From NCBI GenBank assembly GCA_963785305.1, contig CAWAUV010000008.1, positions 1,408,001-1,472,000 on the forward strand: 64,000 bases of DNA, written 5' to 3'. The stretch is from an uncultured Planctomycetaceae bacterium (lineage in GTDB: Bacteria > Planctomycetota > Planctomycetia > Pirellulales > PALSA-1355). Below, in pieces: positions 1-11,589 of this stretch (position 1 is its first letter; each line of letters begins with the position of its first letter). Position numbers and translations under genes: made by a program. Below the pieces are notes generated by a model. That model was not told the origin of the DNA, ran no database searches, and was given only the letters and a program-made list of their open reading frames with translations.

Positions 1-344
1 GCAAGCGAAATATTTTCGTGAAGTCAAGTTCGCTGAAGGATTTAGCGAGCTAATTGCTAACGGAAAAATCATTAAAATCCGATGCTTTTCGGCGCGACGC
101 CCCCCATGTGGGCTTGGCCGGAATCGCGACAATCATACTTTCCCTCGCTCACCCGCAAGCTCCGCTTTCGGGCCACGGGTTTTTTTCGACGAAAAGCAGT
201 GCCCGGCCCCCTCGCATTCGCGCTTTCGGTGGAGCAAAATGGGGACCGTCGAGCTTGGGGAAAGTGGCGCCCGGCGGGGCGCATGCCATGGCTGGACGTG
301 TTTAACCGCAAACCATTCGGCCGTTGCTTGTTAGGAATGAATTC

Positions 345-3300
345 ATGATCGGCTCGCGATTGGCCAAGTGGTTCTCCCATTCACTTGCTTGCTGTTTGCT
401 TTTCGTCTTGGTGGGCATCGTCGCCCCGGTGAGCAAAGCCGACCAGCCGGCGCCGGCCGCCCTCGCGCCGCTCGCGCCCGAGGCCACTCCGCCCGCGATC
501 CGGTTGCCGGAGGGATTTTCAGCCACGCTCTTCGCCGGCGAGCCCGACGTGGTGCAGCCGATCGGCATGTCGCTCGACGATCGCGGCCGGCTCTGGGTGG
601 TCGAAAGTTTGGCCTATCCCGTCTGGAAGGGCGAGGGAAACGACCGGGTGGTGATCTTCGAAGACACCGATGGCGACGGACATTTCGACCGACGCAAGGT
701 TTTCCTCGACCACGGCGTCGATCTCACCAGCGTGGCCGTGGGCTTTCATGGCGTTTGGCTGTTGAGCCTGCCCAATCTGCTTTTCATTCCCGACGCCAAC
801 GGCGACGATGTGCCCGATGGCCCCGCCCAAGTGCTGCTCGATGGTTGGAATATCAAGGAAGCCGGCCACAACGCCGTCAACAATTTGACATGGGGACCCG
901 ATGGCTGGCTCCATGGCCTGAATGGAATTCAATCGAAGTCGCTCGTCGGCAAACCGGGCACCCCCGAGGCCGAGCGAATGCGAATCGACTGCGGCGTGTG
1001 GCGCTATCATCCCACGCGCCATGTGTGCGAAGCCGTGGCTCATGGAACGACGAATCCCTGGGGACTCGATTTCGACGCCTACGGCCAAGGCTTCATGACG
1101 AATTGCGTGATCGGGCATCTGTGGCATGTGATTCCCGGCGCCCATTACGAACGCATGTACGGGCAAGACGTGAATCCCCATTGCTATGGCCTGATGCCAT
1201 GCACGGCCGATCACTTGCACTGGGTCGGGTCGCACTGGAGCGGATCGCGCGGCAATGCGCCCGAGCAAAACGCCTCGGGCGGTGGCCATGCCCATGTCGG
1301 CGCGATGATCTATCTGGGCGATCGTTGGCCGGAAACCTATCGCAACTCGATCTTCACCTGCAATCTGCATGGCAATCGCGTGAATCGCGACCGGCTCGAA
1401 CAGCAGGGCTCCGGCTACGTGGGCCGCCACGCGCCCGACTTTCTCACCGTGGGCGATACATGGTTCCGCGGCATCTCGATTTTGCTTGGGCCCGACGACG
1501 GAATGTATGTGAGCGACTGGAGCGACACGGGCGAATGCCACAACTACAAGGTCGTCGATAAGACGAACGGTCGAATCTATAAGATCGTGTACGCGCCGAA
1601 GCACGCGCCCGCGCGGCCGAGGACTTGGCGCGCCTCTCCGACGACGAGCTCGTCAAACGCGTCGCGAAGGCCAATGCCCACGAATTTCGCCATGCCACGC
1701 GGCTCTTGCAAGAACGCGCCGCCGATGGCCACGCGATGGAATCGGTGGTCAAAGCGCTCCTGCCCGTGCGCTCGACGGAAGGGATGCCGAGAGCCAGTTG
1801 CGATATGTCTGGGCGCTGCATGCGATCGGCGCCATGAACGACTCTTTGCTCTCGCAACTGCTGGCGAGCGCCAATGCCTACACGCGCGGCTGGGCGATTC
1901 AGTTCGCGCTCGAGGATCGGGCGGCCTCGATCGAGCAACGGGCCAAGCTGGCCGATCTGGCCAAGAACGACCCCTCGCCGGCCGTGCGCATGTTTCTGGC
2001 CTCGGGCCTCGGTCGATTGCCGGTGGCCGAGCGTTGGTCGATCGCCGCGCCGCTCGTGGCCCACAAGCAAGACGCCGAGGATCGGAGCCTTTCGCTGATG
2101 ATGTGGTATGGCTTCGAGCCGCTCGTGCCGCTTGATCGGGAACGCGCGCTGGCGATCGCCGCGGAGGGCGAGAATCCGACGGTGCGGCGTTACGCCGCGC
2201 GCCGAGCCGTGGAACACGATCTTGCCGCGGGGCTCGACGCGGTGGCGCGGGTCATGGCCGAGCAGTCCGACGCCGAGCGGCAGCTCGATTTACTCGCCGG
2301 CGCATATGAGGCCCTGGGCGGAGTGCGGCAGGCGCCGATGCCGGCTTCTTGGAGCGCGGCCCACGCGAAGCTTGCAACCGCTTCCGATGGCCGCGTGCGC
2401 TCGGCGGCTCGGCGGCTGGCGGTGCTGTTCGGCGATCGGGCCGCGATCGACGCCGAACGTCGCAAAGTGGTCGACCGCTCGGCCGCGGGTATTGATCGCC
2501 GCGAGGCGATCGAAGCGCTGGCCACGATCAAAGACCCCTCGCTGCCGGGGCTCTTGTTTCAGGCGCTCCCCGAGCGCGATGGCGATCTGGCGCGAGCCGC
2601 GCTCCGCGGTTTGGCCGGCTACGACTCGAAGGATATCCCGCGCCAAGTGCTCGATCATTATTCCCAATACGACGAAGCCACGAAGCGCGACGCCATCAGC
2701 ACGCTGACCTCGCGCGTCGCCTGGGCCGAAGCGCTGCTGGCGGCGATCGACTCCGGGCTCGTGGCCCGCGGCGATCTCGAGGCGTATCACATTCAACAAT
2801 TCCTGGGGCTCAAGAACGATCAACTCACGGCGCGGCTGAAGGACACATGGGGCAGCATTCGCCCCACGGCGGCCGATAAACAAGCGGCGATGCATAAACT
2901 CAAGTCGCGGCTCACTCCCGCGGCGCTCGCCGCGGCCAATCTCGCGCATGGCCGAGGCGTGTTCGTGAAAAACTGCTCGAGCTGCCACGCGCTCCACGGC
3001 GTCGGCGGCAAGATCGGGCCCGATCTCACCGGCTCGCAGCGGGCCAATCTCGACTATGTGCTCTCGAACGTGCTCGACCCGAGCGCCGTGGTGGCCAAGG
3101 AATATCAGATCACGGTCGTGGTGACCGGCGACGGCCGCACGATCTCGGGCATCGTCAAACACGAAGACGATAAATCCCTCACTCTGCAAACCGCGACCGA
3201 GCAAGTCATCTTGCCCAAGGGCGAGGTCGAGGAGCGGCGAAAGACCAATGTGTCGATCATGCCCGATGGGCTCCTCTCGAAGTTGAACGACGACGAGATT

Positions 3301-3357
3301 CGCGATCTTGTGGCGTATCTGGCGAACCGCGAGCAGGCGCCGCTTCAGGGAGATTAG
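345..3357 (+). CDS. PVC-type membrane-bound dehydrogenase-domain / heme c (CxxCH) protein: beta-propeller + HEAT repeats + cytochrome c; split by 2 apparent indels (~1612, ~1783)
   Basis: Signal peptide-like N-terminus; FAGEPDVVQPIGMSLDDRGRLWV, GTTNPWGLDFD, WFRG...GPDDGMYVSDWSD (ORF 324-2135); continues in ORFs 1625-1837 and 1798-3357 with CSSCH and GPDLTG...NVLDPS...SIMPDGL. Confidence 0.9.
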
Positions 3358-3358
3358 C

Positions 3359-4489
3359 ATGGCGTCGTTCTCGGGTTCATTGCATTTGCCGAGAGCCCAT
3401 GCCGAAATCGTGCGTGGCATGGAGTTGGGCTGGCATCGAGGAGCGCAGCTTTATGTGTCGCGCCGCGGAGCGCAAGTCGAGGAGTTCGCGCTCGGCGAAA
3501 GCAGTCCCGGCTATGCGCTCACGCCTGGCACGATCATGCTCTGGCTCAGTTCGGGCAAACCGATCGGCGCCGCGGCGGCAATGCAACTGGTCGAGCGCGG
3601 CCGACTCGAGCTCGACGATCCGATTGCCCGGCATATTCCCGAATTCGCGGCTGGCGGCAAGCAAGACATTACCCTGCGGCATATTCTCACGCACACGGCC
3701 GGCTTCCGCTGGATCGATTTGGCCTGGGAGACCTCGACCTGGGAACAGATCATCCGAAAACTTTGCGCCTGCAAACAAGAACGCGATTGGCCGCCGGGCA
3801 CGAAAGCCGGCTACCATCCGACCACGAGTTGGTACTCGCTCGGCGAACTGGTGCGGCGCGTCGATGGCCGCCCTTTTTCGCGGTATGTGCGCGAGGAAAT
3901 CTTTGAGCCACTAGGCATGCTCGACATGTGGATCGGAATGCCCACGGCCAAGTTTCATGAATATGGCCCTCGAATCGCCATCATGCCCGACACCACCAAG
4001 CCCGACGCGCCGGGTCAGCGCTACTGCAATGAGCGAGGCGCGACGTCGTGCGTGCCGGGTGGAAACTGCATGGGCCCCGCGCACGACTTGGCGAAGTTCT
4101 ACGAAATGCTGCTGGCCGGCGGCGTGACGGCTTCGACCGACTCGGCCGAGCCCCGGCGCATTCTCTCGGAAGAGTCGGTGCGGCTGCTCACTACCAGGCA
4201 GCGGATCGGAATGTATGATCAGACCTTCCGCCATGTGATGGACTGGAGCCTGGGGCTGATCATGAGCTCGAATCGCTATGGCGCCGACACCGCTCCCTAT
4301 GGCTATGGAGTCGATTGCTCGGACAACGCCTTTGGCCACGGCGGCAGCCAATCCTCGGTCGGGTTCGCCGATCCGGAATACGGGCTCGTGGTCACGGCGG
4401 TCATGAACGGCATGCCGGGCGAAGCGCCGCACCACGAGCGCATGCAAGCCTTCCTGGCGGCGCTCTATCAAGACTTGGGTCTGGCTTAA
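3359..4489 (+). CDS. Serine hydrolase, beta-lactamase/PBP class C-like family
   Basis: SSGK (SxxK), [25 protein letters not shown] motifs. Confidence 0.9.
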   Translation: MASFSGSLHLPRAHAEIVRGMELGWHRGAQLYVSRRGAQVEEFALGESSPGYALTPGTIMLWLSSGKPIGAAAAMQLVERGRLELDDPIARHIPEFAAGGKQDITLRHILTHTAGFRWIDLAWETSTWEQIIRKLCACKQERDWPPGTKAGYHPTTSWYSLGELVRRVDGRPFSRYVREEIFEPLGMLDMWIGMPTAKFHEYGPRIAIMPDTTKPDAPGQRYCNERGATSCVPGGNCMGPAHDLAKFYEMLLAGGVTASTDSAEPRRILSEESVRLLTTRQRIGMYDQTFRHVMDWSLGLIMSSNRYGADTAPYGYGVDCSDNAFGHGGSQSSVGFADPEYGLVVTAVMNGMPGEAPHHERMQAFLAALYQDLGLA

Positions 4490-4539
4490 GGGAGTCTGGC
4501 TCAAGGCGCCCAACCCGCAATCCCCGATGGCAATTCATC

Positions 4540-4929
4540 ATGACTGCTTTTCGCGATCAACTCGAGACATTTCCCAACGAATTTCCCGAACGCGACTACA
4601 CGATCGAGATCGTGTGCCCGGAATTCACGAGCGTGTGCCCCAAGACCGGTCAGCCGGATTTCGGAGTGCTCACGTTTACGTACACGCCGGAGAAAAAATG
4701 CGTGGAGCTCAAAAGTTTGAAGCTCTATTTGCAGAAATTCCGCGGCGAGGGCATATTCTATGAAAACGTGACCAACGCGATCCTCGACGACTTGGTCGCG
4801 GCGCTCGAGCCGCGGCGAATGACGTTGGTGGCCGCCTTCACCCCGCGGGGCGGCATCTCGACCCGCGTGAGCGTGACACACGAAGCGGGCCATTGCCGCG
4901 GCGCGAAATCGACGAAGCACCGCGACTGA
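4540..4929 (+). CDS. queF: NADPH-dependent 7-cyano-7-deazaguanine reductase (preQ1 synthase), unimodular type
   Basis: [39 protein letters not shown] signatures. Confidence 0.95.
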   Translation: MTAFRDQLETFPNEFPERDYTIEIVCPEFTSVCPKTGQPDFGVLTFTYTPEKKCVELKSLKLYLQKFRGEGIFYENVTNAILDDLVAALEPRRMTLVAAFTPRGGISTRVSVTHEAGHCRGAKSTKHRD

Positions 4930-5000
4930 CGGTCGGGCGCCTTTGGATTGTCGCCGCGATTGAATGTGCCCCGACATTTCGGCTGCCCCCGCGGAGTGCC

Positions 5001-7415
5001 ATGCCAGACATCGATTCCAACGCCGGCGATTCCAACGCCGGCGGTTCCGAAGCCGTTGGACCCACGGCCGGCGGCTCCGAGCTGGATTCCGCGCCCTGGA
5101 GCATCCGCATGACTTGCCGCCGGCGCGTCGGCTGCTGGTGCAGTCGCTGCTCGTGGGCGATGAATGCGTCGTGGCCTGGTTCGCGCCCGATCTCGATGAC
5201 GCGCTTCGCTATGCTTCGAGCCTGGTCGTGCTCACGGACCGGCGGCTAGTGAGCGTGGCGAACCATGGCGCGCCGCGATCGCCAAGAGACACCAGTTCGG
5301 GCTTGGCCGCCGACACGAGCGACTCGCAAGGCGTGCCCACGGTTAGCGCTTGGCCGCTGGGCGAGATCGTGGCGCTCAAGACTCGCGATCGCGCGGGAGT
5401 GGGAGTGCTCGAAGCGATCGGCCCGGCCGGCCGGCTTGCTCATTGGCGATACACGGTGGGCGAGGCGCCGGGCGCCAATCGGCTGGTCGACCACTTGGAA
5501 CATTATCGCCGGGGCGAACGTCTCGAAGACGAAGGGCTCGGCGATCCGGAAGAGAGCGACGCGGAAGCGGTCGACGGTTCGGCGATGGGCTCGCTCTGGC
5601 GGCTCACGAGTTTTGCCGCCCGGCGCGGGCGGTTGGTGCTGCTCGGATTCGTGCTCACGCTGCTGGCGACCGGCGTGGGGCTCATTCCGCCCTATCTCAC
5701 GATGCCGCTTGTCGACGATGTGTTGATTCCCTATCAAAACAAGGCCGAGCGCTTGGTGGCCGAGGCTCAGGCCAGGGACGAATCGCCCCCAGTGGTTGCC
5801 GCCGCCTTGCGAGGCGAGGCCAATGCCGAGTTCCGCCGGGTGCTCTGGTATCTGGCAGCGCTCGGCGGCGCGGCGCTCGTCGCTTGGGGAGCAAGCTGGG
5901 CCCAGGGAGTCGTCATGGCCTGGGTCAGCGAACGGATCGGCGCCGATCTTAGAATCTCGACCTATGCCCACCTTCAAAGCCTGTCGCTCGAATTCTTCGG
6001 CAAGAAACGCACCGGCGACCTGATCTCGAGAATCAGCGCCGACACCGAACGCATTTGCAATTACCTGAGCGACAATCTCGTCGACTTCGGAGCCGATGTG
6101 CTCATGATGCTCGGCACGGCGATCGTGCTGTTCGCGATCGATCCCTGGCTCGCCCTCGTCACGCTCGTGCCGTTTCCGATCATCGCCTGGCTCATCTACT
6201 TGGTGCGTGGACAGTTGCAACATGGCTTTTCTCGCGGCGGTCGGGCCTGGGGCGCCATGACCAGCCTGCTGGCCGACACGATTCCCGGCATTCGCGTCGT
6301 GAAGGCCTTTGCCCAAGAGCGGCGCGAAATCGAACGCTTCCGCCGGGCCAACGATCAGGTGCTCGAAGCCAACGATCGCGTCAACACGGTGTGGACCTTC
6401 TTCTGGCCGATGGTCGTGCTGCTCAATCAAGCCGGCTTGCTCGTGGTATGGGCCTTCGGGGCGTGGCGCGTGTTCGAACTTCGGATCACGGTCGGCGTGC
6501 TCACCGCGTTTTTGGCTTACATCGGCCGCTTTTATACCCGACTCGAATCCATGAGCCGCATGATGACGGCCACCCAGCGCGCCGCGGCCAGCGCCCGGCG
6601 GGTGTTCGATATTCTCGATCGCGAGCCGAGCGTGGCCGAGCCGCGCCGACCAGTCGCGTGCGATGGATTGCGGGGCGAAGTCGAGTTTGCCGGAGTGAGT
6701 TTTCGCTACGGTTCAAGGCCGATCCTAGAAGCCATCGACCTCAAGATTCGCCCGGGCGAAATGATCGGACTCGTCGGCCCGAGCGGCGCCGGCAAGAGCA
6801 CGCTCGTGAATCTCGCCTGCCGCTTCTACGATGTGACCGAGGGCGCGGTGCTCATCGACGGCGTGGATCTGCGTTCGTTTCCGATCGCCGACTATCGCCG
6901 CCATGTCGGGATCGTGCTCCAAGAACCGTTTTTGTTCTTCGGTTCGATCGCCGAGAACATCGCTTATGGCTGGCCCGAGGCAACGCGCCAGCAGATCGTG
7001 GCCGCGGCCCGCGCCGCGCGGCGCGCACGATTTCATTCTTCGCTTGCCGCTGGGCTACGATTCGCTCGTCGGCGAGCGCGGGCAGTCGCTTTCGGGCGGC
7101 GAACGGCAACGGATCTCGATCGCGCGGGCCCTGCTGATCGATCCGCGGATTCTGATTCTCGACGAAGCCACGTCGAGCGTCGACATGGAAACGGAGCGCG
7201 ATATTCAAGCCGCGCTCGACAACCTGGTGCGCGGCCGCACGACGATCGCCATCGCCCATCGCCTGAGCACGCTCCGCAAGGCCGATCGGCTCGTGGTGCT
7301 CGAGCGGGGACGGATCGTCGAGACCGGACAGCATCAAGAGCTCCTCGACGCGGGCGGCGTGTATGCTCGACTGCACGATGCCCAGCGCGAAACCACGGCG
7401 CGGGTCGCCGAATAA
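5001..7415 (+). CDS. ABC exporter (fused TMD + NBD) with ~200 aa N-terminal extension; apparent indels at ~5092 and ~7020
   Basis: TM region, GPSGAGKST Walker A (ORF 4964-7432); [25 protein letters not shown] in shifted ORF 6903-7415; GGAG before ATG 5001. Confidence 0.88.
5012..5041 (+). repeat. 15-bp tandem duplication CGATTCCAACGCCGG x2 (encodes DSNAG x2)
   Basis: Two identical adjacent copies read directly. Confidence 0.85.
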
Positions 7416-7588
7416 TTTCGCCCCGAACCTGAAATGAAGGGAAATTCGCCCGAAGCCCAGACGATAAACCCCCAGTGGATAATATTGCCCGAAGCGCCCG
7501 GCACAGGCGCCCGGCGCAAGCTCCGGGCGGAAGAGCCCGCGACTCCAATCGTTTTCGTGAACCGCCGCATTCAGAGGGGAAATTTCGC

Positions 7589-9913
7589 ATGTCCGATGTG
7601 CCAAATCCGGCCCGATCGCCCGACGGGGCGTCGTCTCGCCTGGGGTGGATATTCGCGGGCGCCGTGCTGTTGAGCGCCTTCTTGCTGTTTCAGGTGCAGC
7701 CGCTGGTGAGCAAGTGCATCTTGCCCTGGTTCGGCGGTGGTCCGGCGGTGTGGACCACTTGCATGTTGTTCTTTCAAGTCGCGCTCTGCGCCGGCTATGC
7801 CTATGCGCATGCCAGCCAGCAATGGCTTTCGCCGCGGTTGCAAGGCATGGTGCATGCCGGGCTGCTGCTCGGGGCGCTGCTGGCGCTGCCGATTCTGCCG
7901 AGCGCGACTTGGAAGCCGCTCGACAGCGAGCAACCGGTGGCGCGCATTCTGGCGCTGCTCGCCGTGTGCGTGGGCGCGCCGTATCTGACGCTCTCCGCCA
8001 CCGGGCCGCTGCTGCAAGCTTGGTTCGCCAGGGCTTGTCCCGGACGTTCGCCCTACCGACTCTACGCGCTCTCGAATCTCGGTTCGCTGGCGGCGCTTGT
8101 TACCTATCCGGTGGTGTTCGAGCCGGCGCTCGATCTGGGGCGTCAGGCTTCGATCTGGTCGGCGGCATTCGCGATCTTCGCGGTTCTGTGCGCGCTGGCG
8201 GCCTGGGGAGCGGCGCGGGCCGCGGTGACTTCCCGGGTCGTGGCGGAAATCGAACCGGGCGAAGTGGGCGGACTCTTGCCGGCGATGCCCGCTGTCGCGG
8301 AGCACTCGGCCTCGCTCGACGCCGAGCCCGGCGCGGCGCGGCGCGTCCGTTGGTTGCTCCTGCCGGCCTGCGCCTCGCTGATGCTTTTGGCCACGACGAA
8401 CCATCTTTGCGAGGATATTCCGCCGATGCCGTTTTTGTGGGTCGCGCCGCTGGCCTTGTATCTGATTACCTTCATCGTGGCGTTCGACCATGAGCGTTGG
8501 TATTCGCCGCGCTGGGTCGGGCCGCTGGCGGCGGCGGCGCTCCTGCTCGCGGCCGGCGTCGGGCCGCTGGAGCATGTGCTCGATTCGCATTTTCATATCG
8601 CGCTGAACTATATCGCGGAATTGGCGATCGACTGCGCGGCGATGTTTGGAATCGCGATGGTCTGCCATGGCGAGCTGGTTCGCTCGCGGCCCGCGCCCCG
8701 GCATCTCACCGAGTTTTACATGCTCATTTCCGCGGGGGGCGCGCTGGGCGGAGTGATTGTGAGCCTCGTGGCGCCGCGGATATTTCACACGTTTTTCGAG
8801 TGGCGACTTGGGCTGCTGATCGGTTTCGTGCTGGCGCTGGTCGTGGGTCTCAAGCCGATCGTTGAAAGCGTGGGGCGCGCGAGGCAATGGCCTCGGCGGC
8901 GGGGCGCGGCGGCGCTCGGCGCGCTGGCCCTCTTGGGGGCGACGCCGATTTGCGCGTGGCAGATCGTGCCGCTGTATGAAAATCCGCCGCTGGCTCGGCT
9001 GCGGAATTTTTATGGTGTCGTGTCGGTCGAGGATCGCGAGCTCGACGCCGAGGAAACCGCGGCCTTTTTCGCGGCCGAGAAACTGGCCGCCGAGCGACTC
9101 GCCGCCCTGGGAGGCCCCGCGACGGATCATGCTTTTTCGTCGACCGCGAAGGTCGAAAACCCGGCCGAGCCCGCCGATCGCCCCCGGCCCACGACACTCG
9201 CCTATCGCCAGCTTCGCAATGGGCATGTGGTGCATGGCCGGCAGTTCCTCGACCCGGCGCTTAGCCTCCGGCCCAATTCGTATTACACCCCCGCGACCGG
9301 CGTCGGCCAGGCGATGCTCTATTTTCAAGATCGCGACGATTTGCGAGTGGGCGTCGTGGGGCTCGGCATCGGCACGCTGGCCGCGTATGCCCGGCCGGGA
9401 AGTTATTTTCGCTTCTATGAGATCAATCCCAATGTGCTCGCGATGGCGGAGACGTATTTCACGTATCTGCGCGACTGCGCCGGCCGGCATGATGTGTCGC
9501 TGGGCGACGCGCGGCTCTCGCTCGACCAGGAACAATCGTGGCAGTTTCATGTGCTGGTGCTCGACGCCTTCAGCGGCGACTCGATTCCCACGCACCTGCT
9601 CACGCGAGAGGCGTTCGAGATCTACATGAAGCACCTCGCGCCCGACGGCGTGTTGGTGATTCATATCACGAACAGCTATATCGACTTGGCGCCGGTCGTG
9701 GCGGAACTGGCCGAGCATTTCCATCTCGGCTCGACGCGCGCGATTACGCGCGACGAGGAAGAGCGGCTCGTGTTTCGCACCGATTGGGTCACGCTCACGC
9801 GGAGCGCGGCGTATCTCGAATCGCATCCCAGCCATCCGGCCGATTTGCCCCCGCCGCGGCGCATGCGCTTGTGGACCGACGACTACAGCAATCTGTTCGA
9901 GATTCTGAAATGA
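7589..9913 (+). CDS. Fused MFS-like membrane domain / spermidine-synthase-like SAM-binding protein
   Basis: LSAFLLFQVQPL, FGGGPAVW, PYRLYALSNLGS; C-terminal VVGLGIGTLA, YEINP, GDARL, VLDAFSGDSIPTHLLT, WTDDYSNL. Confidence 0.9.
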   Translation: MSDVPNPARSPDGASSRLGWIFAGAVLLSAFLLFQVQPLVSKCILPWFGGGPAVWTTCMLFFQVALCAGYAYAHASQQWLSPRLQGMVHAGLLLGALLALPILPSATWKPLDSEQPVARILALLAVCVGAPYLTLSATGPLLQAWFARACPGRSPYRLYALSNLGSLAALVTYPVVFEPALDLGRQASIWSAAFAIFAVLCALAAWGAARAAVTSRVVAEIEPGEVGGLLPAMPAVAEHSASLDAEPGAARRVRWLLLPACASLMLLATTNHLCEDIPPMPFLWVAPLALYLITFIVAFDHERWYSPRWVGPLAAAALLLAAGVGPLEHVLDSHFHIALNYIAELAIDCAAMFGIAMVCHGELVRSRPAPRHLTEFYMLISAGGALGGVIVSLVAPRIFHTFFEWRLGLLIGFVLALVVGLKPIVESVGRARQWPRRRGAAALGALALLGATPICAWQIVPLYENPPLARLRNFYGVVSVEDRELDAEETAAFFAAEKLAAERLAALGGPATDHAFSSTAKVENPAEPADRPRPTTLAYRQLRNGHVVHGRQFLDPALSLRPNSYYTPATGVGQAMLYFQDRDDLRVGVVGLGIGTLAAYARPGSYFRFYEINPNVLAMAETYFTYLRDCAGRHDVSLGDARLSLDQEQSWQFHVLVLDAFSGDSIPTHLLTREAFEIYMKHLAPDGVLVIHITNSYIDLAPVVAELAEHFHLGSTRAITRDEEERLVFRTDWVTLTRSAAYLESHPSHPADLPPPRRMRLWTDDYSNLFEILK

Positions 9914-9953
9914 ACCGCGGGCTCGATCGCGAATATCCGCTCGGGTGGATATC

Positions 9954-11258
9954 CTAGCGGCGGCTGGGCGAGGGTGTTCGCGGGGCGGAAGACGCCGGCG
10001 CGTCGGGCGAGAGGCGCGAGGCCACGTCGGGCGCCGGCAGAATCTCGATGTCGTCGAGCGACACTTCGCCCACGCCGCCCAAGAGCCCGATCGCGATGAT
10101 CGCCACCCGCGCCTCGAGCGGCACGAGCACATTCGCCCGCTTCTTGCTCCAGGAGAAGGTGCCTTCCCAGGGGCCGAGCGCCTGCTGGGCAATCGCGCCG
10201 CGCTGCTCGTCGAAGAAAGTCACGAGCACGCGCGGCAATTGATCGGGCGTTTGTCCGAAATGCACGTTGTCGCAGCGAACCCAAGCGCTCAGGTCGAGCG
10301 AATGCACGACGCGCCCATCGACCGCCATGCCTTGCAGCGCCTGGGAGCCGCGGCCGGGTTCGTCGTTGGAGAAAGTCAGGCACTGCTTGCCGTGGCCGGC
10401 CAGGGTGGTCATGTCGAGCCGCGCGTGGCGAAGGTAGAACCAACCATCGGGCTGATTCGGAAACAGTTCATGGCGCTCGAAACCGTTGTTGACCAGCGGC
10501 GAAAGCGGCGTGCCATCGTCGGGGGTGCGCAGCGTGTCGGCCTTGCCGGTCATCGGCACGAAGAAAGTCGGCTCGAGCGCCTGCGACACCATCTTGCCGT
10601 TTTCCTTCGTGAGCATGTAGAGGGTCTGCTGATAATTCTCCCCCAGGGGAATCAGCATGCGACCGCCCTCGCGGAGTTGGTCCACGAGCGGCCGCGGAAT
10701 CTGCTCCGGCGAACAGGTGACGATGATCTTGTCGAACGGCGCCTGCTCGGGCCAGCCCTGATATCCATCGCCGATGCGAGGCTTCACATTCACATAGCCC
10801 AGCCGCTGCAAGCGTTCGGCGGCGGCTTTGCCCATCTCCTCGATGATCTCGATCGTGTAAACCTCGCGCACGAGTCCGCTCAGCACCGCGGCTTGGTAGC
10901 CGCTGCCGGTGCCGACTTCGAGCACTTTGTCGGTGGGGCGGGGATCGAGCTGCTGGGTCATCGAGGCGACGATGAACGGCGGCGAGATGGTCTGATGATG
11001 GCCGATCGGCAGCGACATGTCGAAATAGGCTTGCCGCCGCAGCGCCACGGGCACGAACTCATGGCGCGGCGTGCCGCGCATCGAGGCGAGCACGGCGGGG
11101 TTTTTGATGCCGTTGGGCACGAGATCGGCGTCGACCATCACTTTTCGCGCATCGGCCCACTGCCGGGCGTTTTGCGCGAGGGCCTTGGCCGGAGCGATTC
11201 CCAAGGTCATGCAAAGCACAAGCGCCGCCGAAAGCACAGCACGGCAGGATTGGAGCAT
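9954..11258 (-). CDS. pcm: Protein-L-isoaspartate O-methyltransferase with N-terminal signal peptide and C-terminal beta-rich extension
   Basis: PRHEFVP, QTISPPFIVA, VLEVGTGSGYQAAVL, GDGYQGWPEQAPFDKIIVT, QLREGGRMLIP, FVPMTG. Confidence 0.92.
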   Translation of the reverse strand: MLQSCRAVLSAALVLCMTLGIAPAKALAQNARQWADARKVMVDADLVPNGIKNPAVLASMRGTPRHEFVPVALRRQAYFDMSLPIGHHQTISPPFIVASMTQQLDPRPTDKVLEVGTGSGYQAAVLSGLVREVYTIEIIEEMGKAAAERLQRLGYVNVKPRIGDGYQGWPEQAPFDKIIVTCSPEQIPRPLVDQLREGGRMLIPLGENYQQTLYMLTKENGKMVSQALEPTFFVPMTGKADTLRTPDDGTPLSPLVNNGFERHELFPNQPDGWFYLRHARLDMTTLAGHGKQCLTFSNDEPGRGSQALQGMAVDGRVVHSLDLSAWVRCDNVHFGQTPDQLPRVLVTFFDEQRGAIAQQALGPWEGTFSWSKKRANVLVPLEARVAIIAIGLLGGVGEVSLDDIEILPAPDVASRLSPDAPASSAPRTPSPSRR

Positions 11259-11476
11259 TGTTCGTTCCCGGCAAGTAAAAAAGGGACCGCCCGCGCCGAG
11301 AAAGTCCCCGCGCACGGTAGCCTTGTAGCGAAATATCACCGAGCCGGAAAGAGAAACTGGGCGAAATCACGCGCTCGGAGAGTTTGGAAAACACGATGTC
11401 GGCCGGGAGCGAACCGCCGCCGGCGCCGGCAAATCGCGCGTAAAACAGTCGGGACCCTCCCTTTCCGGGGATTTAG

Positions 11477-11504
11477 TTGCAATCCGGTTGAGCGCCGGTA
11501 CGAT
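11477..11504 (+). promoter_or_regulatory. Putative sigma70 promoter for the DUF2167 gene
   Basis: TTGCAA-N16-TACGAT, ~85 nt upstream of ATG 11590. Confidence 0.4.
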
Positions 11505-11589
11505 GAGAGGCTCGCGGGCGCGGCGCCGCCACTCGGGCTCGCTCCATTCTTTTCTGGTCGCATTTCTTTCAAGCTTGAGGAGAGCTTCG

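Noticed and set aside
42..60. TTAGC-N9-GCTAA as a CIRCE (HrcA) operator
   Set aside because: CIRCE is TTAGCACTC-N9-GAGTGCTAA; the inner arms are missing
308..319. GCAAACCATTCG resembling the start of a c-di-GMP-I riboswitch
   Set aside because: No GAAA tetraloop, no pairing strand and no downstream GACGCAAAG/P2-P3 elements
4540..4929. queF as part of a 7-deazaguanine DNA-modification (dpd) island
   Set aside because: No dpdA/tgt, queC/D/E or folE nearby; host-like composition
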